A DNA stretch of 64,000 nt from Eledone cirrhosa (Eukaryota): contig OZ024748.1 of assembly GCA_964016885.1 (NCBI GenBank), forward strand, positions 248,001 through 312,000. Direction: 5' to 3'. Every line of letters starts with the position of its first letter. Position 1 is the stretch's first letter. The position numbers were made by a program, and so were the translations under genes. This document shows positions 21,718-37,452 of this stretch, piece by piece. Under the pieces are notes generated by a model. It searched no databases. It worked only from the letters and a program-made list of their open reading frames with translations, and was not told the DNA's origin.

Positions 21718-23563
21718 ATGTATACAAAACAACTAAATCTCTTAAATAACTTCACTTATATCCAAAACATGATTTGTATATACATCAACAGTGACTCATT
21801 ATTATACGCCAGTCACGACCCCACTGCAAAAACGATATCTATATAACAACCCCACCGTAAAACTACTCTTCCCCACTTTACAAACACTTTATATTATTTG
21901 TCATTAAGGTTTCTTAAAATAAATATATATACGTATGTGTAGTAATTAGTACGGAGACTGAGAGAGAAGGGGCGAGTGTGTCTTCATGGAGGGCACATGG
22001 GACCAGCAAAGCCCTAAAAGTAGAGACCAGTAAATGAGATAAGGTCCTAGCTATGTTAAGAATATAAATAAGAAACATGTTCTATACATTTAAGAAGACA
22101 AGAGAAACATGTTCTAAACATTTAAGAAATAATTATTTACCTCTTTCATGTCGGTAATATAGCGGTGTTATAAAACTAATTATAACGACCGGTGTTAAAA
22201 TAGAGAGAGATAGACAGATAAATGTGTGTCACACTCTCACCCTCTCTTTAAATCTTTTACACTATCTAACTCGTACTTCTCACACTCTCTTTAAATCTTT
22301 TACTCTATCTACCTCTCATTTCTATCTGTGTATGTATGTATGTATCTGTCTATGTGTAACTCGGTGTACTGGAGCAATATGAAGTGAAGTGTCTTGCTCA
22401 AGAAGACATTTTGTGGAGTTATATCATCGTTTCTTGTTATAAAGCTACTTATACTACCGGCGTAACAGTGGCTATAGGTGATAGATGTAGAAATAAAAGG
22501 CTGTAACAGCGATATAAATATAGATGAAATAGTTTACCACGAGACTAAGAATGAATGTTTAATGGAATTAAGTGTAATCTAATAGGAAATAAGAGGCTAG
22601 AGCAGCGAAATGTTTACGTAAAATAAAAGAACAACAAACAAGAGTGCAACATTGAAATTTTTTTTTTTTTTTGTCGATATAAGCGTTATTTTATGCGCGA
22701 TTTGCCTTGCTGCCGGCGCTGCTCAGTCAGTAGCAGCTCCGCTTACGAAGTTCAGGAGCCAACGACTTTACATGGTTCGAATCTCACCCTCTCCGCTCTT
22801 GTCGAGTTATCTCCTACTCTTTTTACTTAGTTCCAGGTCATTAAAATAGAGCAAAGAGGGCGCGGCGATCGGCATATGCACTGGCTACAATGTTGAACTT
22901 TGGTACTGACTGCGTAGTTGAACGTTCCAGATACCAACCGCCCAACTGGCCAGTCAACCGCATATGCGGCTGGCTGGCCGGTTGGGTAGTTGGCATATGT
23001 ACTGGCTACCATGCTGAACATTGTACTGACTGTCAAGTTGAACGTTCTAACCCTCTCTTTACATCTATTACTCTATCTACCGCTTATTTCTCTCCCTCTC
23101 TTTACTTCTATAACTCTATCTCCCACTCTCTTTACATCTATTACAGTGTCTCCCTGTATATATACACGTATATATGCACTAGATTTTATAAGAAATCTAC
23201 GTAATAATATAATTAACAATAGTTGATGAATTAGACCAGAGTTAATTAAACAATAAATATGAATGAAATAGCAGTAGATGGCGAAACTTGAGTGTTGTGT
23301 GTGCATACATATATATGAGGTAAACTGGTTCAAATACTGTCAGGATTATATTGGATCAAAGACTGTATTAAATAGAAAGTAAAAAGTGAAGTGAAAATAT
23401 AAAAACAAACTGAAAATTTCCCCATCCCTAGAAAAATTCATATCTTGTTATATATAGATAATTGGCGCTTTAAATTGAATAAATATTCATTTATATATAT
23501 ATATATGTATATATATATGTACACTGATATATATGTGTGTATATATATATGTGTATATATATA

Positions 23564-23610
<47 letters not shown>

Positions 23611-24650
23611 ATATCAACTTCATCATACGTCCGCTTTTCCATGCTTGCAAGGGTGGGGTGGGAGCTGATTCTGGATTGGTTTCTACAGCTGGGTGCCCTT
23701 CCTGACGCCAACCCCGTTTGCAGTGAGTGCTGGGTGCTTTTTTTTTTCCGTGGCACCTCCACGTCAGCTTTACAGTGTGGGCTGGGTGCTTTTTTGCCGC
23801 GGCGCCTCCACGACCACTTTGCGGTGGGGTGGTGGGGTGGTATGTGTATACCCAGCCCATTGTCATTTGCCACACAGAAAAGCTTATAGCATCGTTCTTT
23901 ACCCACGATGAATCTAGCAGACCCACCCCTCCACCTGGTCTCTTGAATACAATAAACATCGACCTCCTTACGTTCAAGCATTTCTACAACCTCGTTAGAG
24001 CCACCCTATAAGGTGCCTACATTAATGGTACCAACTCTGAAGTTTTGGATTGCGTTTGGAGGTTGGGAGCGGTGGGGAGCGGGGATGGGGTTAGGGTTAG
24101 CCATCCGCGGCCGAAACAAAGAGGAGGAGCCCTTGCATTCTCGTCCATGAGGTGGATTTGTCTTTATGTATGTATATGTATATATGTATGTATGTGTGTG
24201 TATGTATGTATATGTATATATGAGTGTATATGTGTATATGTATGTATATGTATGTCTATGTATGTGTATATATGTGTATATGTATGTGTTTGTATATATG
24301 TGTGTGTATGTATATATGTGTGTGTATGTATATATATATATGTATGTATGTGTATATGTATGTATATGTATGTATGTGTATATGTATATATGTGTGTATG
24401 TATGTATATATGTATGTATGTGTATATATGTATGTATGTATATGTATATATACGTGTGTATATGTATATATACTTATGTGTATATGCTTATGTATGTGTA
24501 TGTATGTATATTTATATTATGTATATATATATATCTATGTATGTATATGTATGTATATGTGTATGTATGTGTATGTATGTATGTGTATATATGTATGTAT
24601 GTATATATATATGTATGTATATGTATGTGTATGTATATGTATATGTATAT

Positions 24651-25005
24651 GGAGGCACATGGCTTAGTGGTTCGAGCATTGGCCTGGCAATCGAAAGGTT
24701 GTGAGTTCAATTCTCAGACCGGGTGATGTGTTGTTTCCTTGAGCAAGACACTTTATTTCACATTGCTCCAGTTTACTCAGCTGTAGAAATGAGATGATAG
24801 GGACTGGGGTCCATATCATTCCACTGCAAAGTGGTCGTGGAGGTGCCACGGCAAAAAAGCACTCAGCACTCACTGTAAATGAGGTTGGTGTTAGGAAGGG
24901 CATCCAGCTGTAGAAATCAAGCCAGAATCAGTTCCCGTCCCACCCTTGCAAGCAGGGAAAAAGCGGACTTAAAACGAAATGATGATGATGATGATGATGA
25001 TGATG
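24651..25005 (+). mobile_element. tRNA-derived SINE with RTE tail (S linker copy 3)
   Basis: As 2942-3296. Confidence 0.85.
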
Positions 25006-25648
25006 TATGTATGTATGTGTATATGTATGTATGTATGTATATGTATGTATGTGTATGACATGCAGTTTGGTTTTGTGCCGCTGAAAAGTGCAACAGATGC
25101 CCTCTTCTTAGTGAGACAACTACAAAAGAGGTTCTTAGAGAAAAATAAGCCACTATACTTAGCTTTGGACATAGAGAAGGCTTTTGATAGAGAACTCTTA
25201 TAAATGACAACATATATATATGTGTGTGTATATATATGTTTTTTTTAAAACTATATATTTATTACTCCCTTAAGCAGAAGAAATATATTCCCAGATATCG
25301 AAGATTACCACAATAACTAGGGAGCGGAAATCAATAGATGCTGGACATTGCTGCTGAGGGTAGGATGACCTGATGAGCTGGCTCCTGTGGTGGATACCTA
25401 AACATAGTAAGACCCTAGTGGGATGACTGAGGTTCACCTACATACATCAGATGTCTCTGGATCTCCAGCTGGAGATTAATGATCTCAGGAATGCCATGAA
25501 AAATCGTGACATCTAAAAAAGAAGAGTAGAATTGTTCTGGCCAATCCACCTGACCTAATAAACAATAATAATATTAATATATATTGATGAAAATTAATTA
25601 TGGTGAAATATCTTAGAAATCATTCTCAGAGGTTTTGTATTGTAATCC

Positions 25649-27648
25649 ACACTTGCTCGTTGTGGCTTCTGATGCAGACATCATGTCCGCCATCAGGTCC
25701 TTCCCAGCTAGCAGCTGCGGTGATGTTGATGGTCTCTGACCAGGCCTCCTCAAGGAGTTGACATCTCCCCTCTCCGCTGAGGCCGGGCGCCGCCTTCTGA
25801 GTGCAATTGTGGCGCTCACCAATAGGCTCATCCATGGCGCCCTGGACTCTTATGCTCGAGGCCTCTTTTTTTCAGCCAGCTTCACCGCTCTCAGGAAGAA
25901 AGAGGGTGGCATACGCCCCATTGCTGTGGGCAATGTCTTCCGGAGGCTGGCTGCCAAGGTAACCTGCAAGTCCGTAACACTCGGAACCGGCATCCAGGGA
26001 CTCCAGCCACCTCATTGTCAAGTTTGACATGAGGAATGCCTTCAACTCTTTACGCTGGGATCATCTGCTCGAGGCCTGCCTCAGCCGAGCCCCCTCTGCC
26101 TAGCTGTCATATGGAGCCCCGAGCATGCGACATGCTGCTGATACGGTCATACCCTTGGCTACTGGGATCCAACAGGGCAACCCTTTGGGACCCCTCCTGT
26201 TCACCCTTGGTATTGACCACATCGCCCGGAGTATAACGGCCCCTCTCAACGTTTGGTATCTGGATGATGCTACTTTGGGTGGGCCCGTACAGGCGGTCTG
26301 CCATGACCTTCAATCGGTGGTTCCTGCCCTGGCGGGAATCGACCTCCAGGTCAACTCAGCCAAGTCGGAGGTGGTGAATGTCAGCCTCGATGCTGCAAGC
26401 TTTGCAGTCTCCGTCTTGGACGTGCGGTCCATTCTCCGCCAGGTTCAGGTGACCCCCAAAGAGGATGCCCTCACCGATCCACCCGCCGGCCATCCGCTCC
26501 ACCATCAAGTTCAGACTCTCACGAGCCGACTGGGCTTGATTGATGGCCACCCAGTTCTCTTTATGCTGAGGAACTGCTACGCCATGCCGAAGCTCCTCTA
26601 TACACTCTGTGCTACACCCAGACTTGTATCCGAGCAGCAGCCGATGAGATATGCAACTTTACCTATCAGGTATGGCGACCTTCGCCTCCAGTCCCCGATC
26701 TCACTAGCTTTGCCGGCGTATCTTTCGTCGGTAACCTCGTACCACGTCCATCTCAGCAGGGTTCTTCAAAACACAACAGAACCCTCTGTGTTCAGAGAAC
26801 GCGTGGCCGCCTGTGAGACGTGGCACCGGCTGGGACTTAGCCCAGTAGACGTTCCTCCTCCTTCTCCCCCTGTTGACGTCAAGTCCCCCCAACACACTTG
26901 GGATGCCATCCAGTGCAGCCTGGCCTCAGACAGGCTCACGTGCCAGCTCGACCAGCACCGCCTTGTTTGTTTTCGTGCGGCCTCCAAACCCCACAGTGGG
27001 GCCTGGCTCCATGCCCTGCCCTCCTTCTCCACTCGCACGCAGCTAGACAACCATAGCTTGCGCATCGGCGTTTCCCTGAGGCTCGGCCTCACACCAATGT
27101 CGCTGCCGTTCCACCATGGACTCTTTCGGCCTCCACCCGCTTTCCTGTCGCCACAGTGCCAGCCGCAATCCACGCCATGCTGCCCTCAACGAAATCATTA
27201 AGCATGGCCTGGACGCTGCAGGCTTCCCTTCCCAGCTCCAGGGGACGGCAAAAGGCCAGATGGCATGACCATCTTCCCGTTCCGCGGTGGCAAACCCCTC
27301 GTCTGGGATGCCACTTGCACCGACACTTTCTGCAGCCGCAACCTGGTGCAGTCTGCGACTGGCCCAGGTTCTGCTGCACGTCAGGCTGAGAGGGCCAAAC
27401 TCCTCACATATCGTTCACTCTCCGACAGGTTTGCGGTCGTACCCCTGGAAGTGGAGACTTCTGGTGTCCTCGACCCCAGGGCTACCTCCTTACTCACCAC
27501 CATAGGCGCTGAGCTGGCCAGTCGCAGGTGTGAGCCCCGCGAGTTGGAGTGGCTTTTCCAGCGCGTCTCCCTTGCCGTGCTCCGGGGAAACGCCTTCTCC
27601 ATTCTGTCCGCCGGGGCTGTGGGTGGGCCCCATCGCGTACCGTTATAG
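25649..27648 (+). mobile_element. CRE-like LINE relic, copy 4, alpha type
   Basis: Same motifs; alpha diagnostics incl. GCCTAGCTG stop and long 3' flank. Confidence 0.88.
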
Positions 27649-29421
27649 TTGTTGAAGAAGAAACAGGGAGACAACAACTGGAATGTATACAAAACAACTA
27701 AATCTCTTAAATAACTTCACTTATATCCAAAATATGATTTGTATATACATCAACAGTGACTCATTATTATACGCCAGTCACGACCCCACTGCAAAAACGA
27801 TATCTATATAACAACCCCACCGTAAAACTACTCTTCCCCACTTTACAAACACTTTATATTATTTGTCATTAAGGTTTCTTAAAATAAATATATATACGTA
27901 TGTGTAGTAATTAGTACGGAGACTGAGAGAGAAGGGGCGAGTGTGTCTTCATGGAGGGCACATGGGACCAGCAAAGCCCTAAAAGTAGAGACCAGTAAAT
28001 GAGATAAGGTCCTAGCTATGTTAAGAATATAAATAAGAAACATGTTCTATACATTTAAGAAGACAAGAGAAACATGTTCTAAACATTTAAGAAATAATTA
28101 TTTACCTCTTTCATGTCGGTAATATAGCGGTGTTATAAAACTAATTATAACGACCGGTGTTAAAATAGAGAGAGATAGACAGATAAATGTGTGTCACACT
28201 CTCACCCTCTCTTTAAATCTTTTACACTATCTTTACATCTTTTACTCTATCTCCCTCTTATTTCTATCTGTGTACATATATATGTGTATGTATGTATCTG
28301 TCTATGTGTAACTCGGTGTACTGGAGCAATATGAGGTGAAGTGTCTTGCTCAAGAAGACATTTTGTGGAGTTATATCATCGTTTCTTGTTATAAAGCTAC
28401 TTATACTACCGGCGTAACAGTGGCTATAGGTGATAGATGTAGAAATAAAAGGCTGTAACAGCGATATAAATATAGATGAAATAGTTTACCACGAGACTAA
28501 GAATGAATGTTTAATGGAATTAAGTGTAATCTAATAGGAAATAAGAGGCTAGAGCAGCGAAATGTTTACGTAAAATAAAAGAACAACAAACAAGAGTGCA
28601 ACATTGAAATTTTTGTTTTATTTTCTCGATATAAGCGTTATTTTATGCGCGATTTGCCTTGCTGCCGGCGTTGCTCAGTCAGTAGCAGCCCCGCTTACGA
28701 AGTTCAGGAGCCAACGACTTTACATGGTTCGAATTTCACCCTCTCCGCTCTTGTCGAGTTATCTCCTACTCTTTTTACTTAGTTCCAGGTCATTTAAATA
28801 GAGCAAAGAGGTCGCGGCGATCGGCATATGCACTGGCTACAATGTTGAACTTTGGTACTGACTGCATAGTTGAACGTTCCACATACCAACCGCCCAACTG
28901 GCCAGTCAACCGCAAATACGGCTGGCTGGCCGGTTGGGTAGTTGGCATATGTACTGACTGTCAAGTTGAACGTTCTAACCCTCTCTTTACATCTATTGCT
29001 CTATCTACCGCTTATTTCTCTCCCTCTCTTTACTTCTATAACTCTATCTCCCACTCTCTTTACATCTATTACACAGTGTCTCCCTGTATATATACACGTA
29101 TATATGCACTAGATTTTATAAGAAATCTACGTAATAATATAATTAACAATAGTTGATGAATTAGACCAGAGTTAATTAAACAATAAATATGAATGAAATA
29201 GCAGTAGATGGCGAAACTTGAGTGTTGTGTGTGCATACATATATATGAGGTAAACTGGTTCAAATACTGTCAGGATTATATTGGATCAAAGACTGTATTA
29301 AATAGAAAGTAAAAAATGAAGTGAAAATATAAAAACAAACTGAAAATTTCCCCATCCCTAGAAAAATTCATATCTTGTTATATATAGATAATTGGCGCTT
29401 TAAATTGAATAAATATTCATT

Positions 29422-29458
<37 letters not shown>

Positions 29459-29901
29459 GTACACTGATATATATGTGTGTGTATATATATATATATATGT
29501 ATGTGTATATGTGTACATATGTATGTGTATATATATACTAATATATATATATATATATATCAACTTCATCATACGTCCGCTTTTCCATGCTTGCAAGGGT
29601 GGGGTGGGAGCTGATTCTGGATTGGTTTCTACAGCTGGGTGCCCTTCCTGACGCCAACCCAGTTTGCAGTGAGTGCTGGGTGCTTTTTTTTTTTCCGTGG
29701 CACCTCCACGTCAGCTTTACAGAGCGGGCTGGGTGCTTTTTTGCCGTGGCGCCTCCACGACCACTTTACGGTGGGGTGGTGGGGTGGTATGTGTATACCC
29801 AGCCCATTGTCATTTCCCACCCAGAAAAGTTCATAGCACCGTTCTTTACCCACGATGAATCTAGCAGACCCACCCCTCCACCTGGTCTCTTGAATACAAC
29901 A

Positions 29902-31004
29902 GTGGTTTCACTAAAATAAAAATTAAATTAAATTAAATTAAATTAATTATATTAGATAAATAGACATTGGGGTTCTCACCAAAGATTTTCAGTTATTTCT
30001 AAGAGATGTAAAAGGAAAATTAAAAAAAGATTAATAGGACACATTAGACATGTCTCCAAGCAAGAATTGAACTTACAGACAAGGATCTCACCATCTCTGG
30101 TACTTCCCACTAAGCCACCAAGACTGCTACAAAGGTCTATTGAAAATTAATATTTATAAACCTACTTTCAAAATATAACTAATTTAATTAAAAATAAAAT
30201 AAAATAAATAGACATTGGCGTTCTCACAAAACTTTTTCAGTTCTTTTTTCTAAGAAATGTCAAAGGAATATATATATATATATATTTTATTTTTAATTTT
30301 ATTTTGAAAGTAGGTTTATAAATATTAAATTTCAGTACATCTTTGTATCAGTCTCGGTAGCTTAGTGGGAAGTACCAGAGATGGTGAGATCCTGTTCTGG
30401 GTGTTTAATCCTGGTCTGAGGGTTGAATTGGGGACTCAGGTTCAATCCTGGTCCATGAGATACATGTAAGGTGTCATGTTAATCTTTTATAATTTTCTTT
30501 CTATATCTCTTTGAAAAAGAGAACCCCTATTTATTTAATTATATTGAATTTAATTTTTTATTTTAGTTAAATTGTCGAAAACACTGAAGATCTAAAGGTT
30601 GAGGAGACAATATGTCTATTTTATCTGTCTCCTCTAACTTTAGATCACCAGTGGTTTTGACAATTTAACTAAAGTAAAATAAAATAAAATAAATTAAATT
30701 ATATTAGATAAATAGACATTGGGGTTCTCACCAAAGATTTTCAGTTTTTTCTGAGGAAAATTTAAAAAAAGATTAACAGGACACATTACAGCATTGATTG
30801 AACCTACAGACAAGGACCTCACCATCTCTGGTACTTCCCACTAAGCCGCCAAGACTGCTACAAAGGTCTGCTGATAATTAATATTTATAAACCTAATTTC
30901 AAAATAAAATTAATGTTATTAATTTTATTTAAAAATAAAATAAAATAAATAAACATTGGGGTTCTCACAAAACTTTTTCATTTTTTTTCTAAGAAATGTC
31001 AAAG

Positions 31005-31040
<36 letters not shown>

Positions 31041-34000
31041 TCATCATCATCATCATCGTTTAACGTCCATATTCCACGCTTGCATGGGTTTGGACGGGAA
31101 TTTTTCCACTTGAGGCAAGAGTGGTTGTCTTGCTCGCATAGGACTGTCTGGCGGGTTTCCTACAGCTGGATGCCCTTCCTAACACCAACCGCATTTACAG
31201 TGTGGGACTGGGAGGTTTTTACCGTGTTACCTACACGGCCACATTACTGCGTGGACTGTGTTTTTTTTTTTTGTCGTGACACCTACACGACCTCATTTGT
31301 TTCGGCCTGGATGTTGTGGCACCAACATAACTTTACATTGAAAGGGGCGGTGTGGATGGGGTGGGGGTGTATTTTGTTAGAGGTGCCTACTGACTGTAGT
31401 AGGTTTTACTTTGTATCTAGGTAAGGCGGGTCTTCTCTATTACTGAGTACCGCCAAAGATCTCGGTCCAGTGACATTGTCTTGGAGAGGTGTAAGTGTGT
31501 GAGGTCGGAATTTATCAAGTCGTCCCAGGTTTTTCTGGGTCTGCCTACTCCGTGGCTACCGTCTATCTTTATTGCCCTGCATTTTTTTTATACAGCTGTC
31601 GTCTTTCATCCGCATCACGTGGACCATACCAACGTAGTCTTCTCTCGAGTACACAACATCTGATCCCTCTTATTTCTAATTTTTCCCTTAGTTCGTTTAT
31701 GCTTTGCCGTTCACATATATTACTATTACACATCCAGCGAAGCATGCAAGCTTCGTTCCTCTCTAGTCTGCGTATATCCTCTGCACACAATGCCCAGGTC
31801 TCACTGCCATGCAACATTGCTGTTCATATGCAGGCATCATACAACCTGCCTTTCATTTTTAGGGAGAACCCTTTAGCGGCTAATAGTGGTATAAGCTCTC
31901 TGAACTTTTTCCATCCAGTTCTGACTCTAGCTACTGTACTTTCAGAGCACCCTCCCCCACTGCTGATTTTGTCACCCAGGTAACGGAAGCTGTCCACTAT
32001 TTCTATAGAACCCTCTGCGCAATTGAAAGAGCTAGTATTTTGTGGGCACTTGCTGCTACTTATTGCACCAGAGCACCGGCCACATGTAAAATCTATGTTC
32101 TTAGTTAGCTTACCTGTGATCCCACTACATCTTTTATGAACCCATACTTTGCATTTGGGACATAAAATGGAGTTTCTACCTACGCCTTTCCTACACACTG
32201 AGCATGGCCATTTCCCGGAAGGGACCGGCGCCTTATTTTCTTTCCTACAAACTAGAACTTTAGTCTTAGCCAGGTTAATTTTAAGGCCTTCTGATTCTAG
32301 GCCTTGCTTCCATGTTTGGAATTTCTTCTCTAGCTCGGCCATTGATTCAGCTATGAGCGTTAGATCATCTGCGTATAGGAGTTCCCATGGGCAGCCGGTC
32401 TTGAACTCCACTGTTATAGCCTGAAGGGCAATAATAAATAGTAGGGGGCTAAGGACGGAGCCCTGATGAACACCAACTTTTACGCTAAACTCTTCACTAT
32501 ATTCGTTGTTAATTCTAACCTTGTTTCTTTATAGATGGCTCGTATAGCTCTCACAAGCCATTCCTCAACACCTAGTTTTCTAAGAGCCCACCAGATAATG
32601 GAACGGGGGACTCTGTCGAAGGCTTTCTCCAAGTCAACAAAAGCTAAGTATAGGGGTTTACTTTTAACTAGGTACTTCTCCTGTAGTTGTCGTACAATGA
32701 AAAGAGCATCTGTGGTACTTTTACCTGACACAAACCCGAACTGCATTTCATCTAGATCAATTCTCTCTCTGATTAGTTGCGCTATTACTTTTTCCGTGAC
32801 CTTCATGACCTGGTCGATTAATTTAATGCCTCTATAGTTACTCCTATCTAGGGCATCTCCTTTACCCTTGTAACAGTTAATGATGATGCTGCTACGCCAG
32901 TCCTTCAGAACAACCCCATTCTGTATGACTTGGTTTACTATCCGGGTGACCATTACGTGTATACATCTGAAAATGTATATATGTATGCAAAGATATAAGT
33001 AAACATACATGTATACATATAGATGGACAGTTATGCATATACAATAACTTATTTCTATACATACATATACCACAAGTAAGGCATGGTGCTGCCAACTAAC
33101 CAGACCTCCCTCATAATGGACCAGCTAGATCCCAAAATACAGGCCTGCTTGCCAACACACAGTCCCAATAAGTGTAAGTTACAGCGCAGCTATCTGGACA
33201 GACTTGTCTTAAGACTACACACTATCCCACTACATCTTTTGTATACTATATATATACTGTTTATATATATATATACTATATATATATATACTGTTTATAT
33301 ATATATATACTATATATATATATACTGTTTATATATATATACACACATATAATTGTGTATTCACACATTATCTTAGTAATGAAATAATTAATAATTTTAG
33401 TAAATTGTTCAAAATTCTTCATTAACCCTTTTGGTAGAAACCCAGCCAAAATTAGTTCTCGTACTATGGAAATGGTTCCTATCTAAATTAAAGTCTTCCA
33501 ACAAAATTCTATATAACAACCATATGGTAAGTTACTATGTTAGTAATTAACTAACAATTGTGATAAATAGCTCAAAATTATTCATAATTAATTGAATTAT
33601 AAGGTTCATAATTATAATAAAATCTTCAAATAGGCTACGAAACCGGTAAACCTGAAAGGTACACAACACACACACATTGCTATAGCGTTTCACCAGCCCC
33701 TTCCTTCCTGAATTATTACAGAGATGTGTGTGTATGTAATAATTATTTGTATAATGTGTGTATATTTATGAATATGTATGAGTAGATGTGTGTGTGTGTA
33801 TCACAGTAGATGTGTATGTAACACAGTAGATGTGTATATGTAACAGAGTAGATGTGTGTTTGCATGTAACTCAGTATATGTGTATGTAACTCAGTAGATG
33901 TGTGTGTGTAACACGGTAGATGTGTGTGTGTAACACGGTAGATGTGTGTGTGTAACACGGTAGATGTGTGTGTGTAACACGGTAGATGTGTGTATGTAAC

Positions 34001-34879
34001 AGTAGATGTGTATGTATGTAACACAGTAGATGTGTATGTATGTAACACAGTAGATGTGTGTATGTAACACAGTACATGTGTGTGTATGTAACTCAGTAGA
34101 TGTGTGTGTATGTAACTCAGTAGATGTGTGTATGTAACACAGTAGATTGTGTGTATGTAACATAGAAGATGTGTGTAACACAGTAGATGTGTGTGTATGT
34201 AACACAGTAGATCTGTGTGTATGTAACTCAGTAGATGTGTGTGTATGTAACACAGGTGTGTGTATGTAACACAGTAGATGTGTGTATGTAACATAGTAGA
34301 TGTGTGTATGTAACACAGAAGATGTGTGTGTATGTAACACAGTAGATGTGTGTGTATGTAACTCAGTAGATGTGTGTGTATGTAACACAGTAGATGTGTG
34401 TGTAACACAGTAGATGTGTATGTAACGCAGTAGATGTGTGTGTATATAACCCAGTTGATGTGTGTGTATGTAACACAGTAGATGTGTGTATGTAACATAG
34501 TATATGTGTATGTAACTAAAGTGTAACGTACGTTACAAATGGACGACAAAATGATTTTAACTTGTTTTTTAACAATTGATGGTGGAAAAGATTTTAAATT
34601 GTCTTAACTCAGACCATAAAGGGCCGCAACACATGGAGTCTGACACTCTTACCGGCTACATAGCCTGGGCGTCTATTTTACCGCGACCGGCTACATAGCA
34701 TCTTCCTAAAATCTTCCAACATAATTTTATACAAGAACCACATGTTAAGTTACTAATAAAATAATTAATAAATAAAAACATTAGTAAGTCCTTCAAATGA
34801 TATCTCAGTAATGAAATAATTAATAATTGTTATAAATACCTCAAAATTTCTCATTAATTAAACCTCATTAATTAATTAA
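29902..34879. repeat. L module copy 2
   Basis: Same junctions and content as 14167-19169. Confidence 0.93.
31037..32953 (-). mobile_element. 5'-truncated RTE LINE (L copy 2), RT frameshifted
   Basis: ORFs 32480-33073 and 31824-32411 are split by a 7-bp deletion (CTGACTG) relative to copy 1. Confidence 0.93.
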
Positions 34880-35451
34880 GCCGCTGAAAAGTGCAACAGA
34901 TGCCCTCTTCTTAGTGAGACAACTACAAAAGAGGTTCTTAGAGAAAAATAAGCCACTATACTTAGCTTTGGACATAGAGAAGGCTTTTGATAGAGAACTC
35001 TTATAAATGACAACATATATATATGTGTGTGTATATATATGTTTTTTTTAAAACTATATATTTATTACTCCCTTAAGCAGAAGAAATATATTCCCAGATA
35101 TCGAAGATTACCACAATAACTAGGGAGCGGAAATCAATAGATGCTGGACATTGCTGCTGAGGGTAGGATGACCTGATGAGCTGGCTCCTGTGGTGGATAC
35201 CTAAACATAGTAAGACCCTAGTGGGATGACTGAGGTTCACCTACATACATCAGATGTCTCTGGATCTCCAGCTGGAGATTAATGATCTCAGGAATGCCAT
35301 GAAAAATCGTGACATCTAAAAAAGAAGAGTAGAATTGTTCTGGCCAATCCACCTGACCTAATAAACAATAATAATATTAATATATATTGATGAAAATTAA
35401 TTATGGTGAAATATCTTAGAAATCATTCTCAGAGGTTTTGTATTGTAATCC

Positions 35452-37452
35452 ACACTTGCTCCTTGTGGCTTCTGATGCAGACATCATGTCCGCCATCAGG
35501 TCCTTCCCAGCTAGCAGCTGCGGAGATGTTGATGGTCTCTGACCAGGCCTCCTCAAGGAGTTGATATCTCCCCTCTCCGCTGAGGCCGGGCGCCGCCTTC
35601 TGAGTGCAATTGTGGCGCTCACCAATAGGCTCATCCATGGCGCCCTGGACTCTTATGCTCGAGGCCTCTTTTTTTCGGCCAGCCTCACCGCTCTCAGGAA
35701 GAAAGAGGATGGCATACGCCCCATTGCTGTGGGCAATGTCTTCCGGAGGCTGGCTGCCAAGGTAATCTGCAAGTCCGTAACACTCGGAACCGGCATCCAG
35801 GGCCTCCAGCCACCTCATTGTCAAGTTTGACATGAGGAATGCCTTCAACTCTTTACGCTGGGATCATCTGCTCGAGGCCTGCCTCAGCCGAGCCCCCTCT
35901 GCCTACCTGTCATATGGAGCCCCAAGCATGCGCCATGCTGCTGATACGGTCATACCCTTGGCTACTGGGATCCAACAGGGCAACCCTTTGGGACCCCTCC
36001 TGTTCACCCTTGGTATTGACCACATCGCCTGGAGTATAACGGCCCCTCTCAACGTTTGGTATCTGGATGATGCTACTTTGGGTGGGCCCGTACAGGCGGT
36101 CTGCCATGACCTTCAATCGGTGGTTCCTGCCCTGGCGGGAATCGACCTCCAGGTCAACTCAGCCAAGTCGGAGGTGGTGAATGTCAGCCTCGATGCTGCA
36201 AGCTTTGCAGTCTCCGTCTTGGACGTGCGGTCCATTCTCCGCCAGGTTCAGGTGACCCCCCAAAGAGGATGCCCTCACCGATCCACCCGCCGGCCATCCG
36301 CTCCTCCATCAAGTCCAGACTCTCACGAGCCGACTGGGCTTGATTGATGGCCACCCAGTTCTCTTTCTGCTGAGGAACTGCTACGCCATGCCGAAGCTCC
36401 TCTATACACTCTGTGCTACACCTAAACTTGTATCCGAGCAGCAGCCGATGAGATATGCAACTTTACCTGTCAGGTATGGCGGCCTTCGCCTCCAGTCCCC
36501 GATCTCACTAGCTTTGCCGGCATATCTTTCGTCGGTAACCTCGTACCACGTCCTCTTCAGCAGGGTTCTTCAAAACACAACAGAACCCTCTGTGTTCAGA
36601 GAACGCGTGGCCGCCTGTGAGACGTGGCACCGGCTGGGACTTAGCCCAGTAGACGTTCCTCCTCCTTCTCCCCCTGTTGACGTCAAGTCCCCCCAACACA
36701 CTTGGGATGCCATCCAGTGCAGCCTGGCCTCAGACAGGCTCACGTGCCAGCTCGACCAGCACCGCCTTGTTTGTTTTCGTGCGGCCTCCAAACCCCACAG
36801 TGGGGCCTGGCTCCATGCCCTGCCCTCCTTCTCCACTCGCACGCAGCTAGACAACCATAGCTTGCGCATCGGCGTTTCCCTGAGGCTCGGCCTCACACCA
36901 ATGTCGCTGCCGTTCCACCATGGACTCTTTCGGCCTCCACCCGCTTTCCTGTCGCCACAGTGCCAGCCGCAATCCACGCCATGCTGCCCTCAACGAAATC
37001 ATTAAGCATGGCTTGGACGCTGCAGGCTTCCCTTCCCAGCTCCAGGGGACGGCAAAAGGCCAGATGGCATGACCATCTTCCCGTTCCGCGGTGGCAAACC
37101 CCTCGTCTGGGATGCCACTTGCACCGACACTTTCTGCAGCCGCAACCTGGTGCAGTCTGCGACTGGCCCAGGTTCTGCTGCACGTCAGGCTGAGAGGGCC
37201 AAACTCCTCACATATCGTTCACTCTCCGACAGGTTTCCGGTCGTACCCCTGGAAGTGGAGACTTCTGGTGTCCTCGACCCCAGGGCTACCTCCTTACTCA
37301 CCACCATAGGCGCTGAGCTGGCCAGTCGCAGGTGTGAGCCCCGCGAGTTGGAGTGGCTTTTCCAGCGCGTCTCCCTTGCCGTGCTCCGGGGAAACGCCTT
37401 CTCCATTCTGTCCGCCGGGGCTGTGGGTGGGCCCCATCGCGTACCGTTATAG
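35452..37452 (+). mobile_element. CRE-like LINE relic, copy 5, beta/alpha chimera
   Basis: Beta variants up to ~36557, alpha variants from ~36628 onward. Confidence 0.86.
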
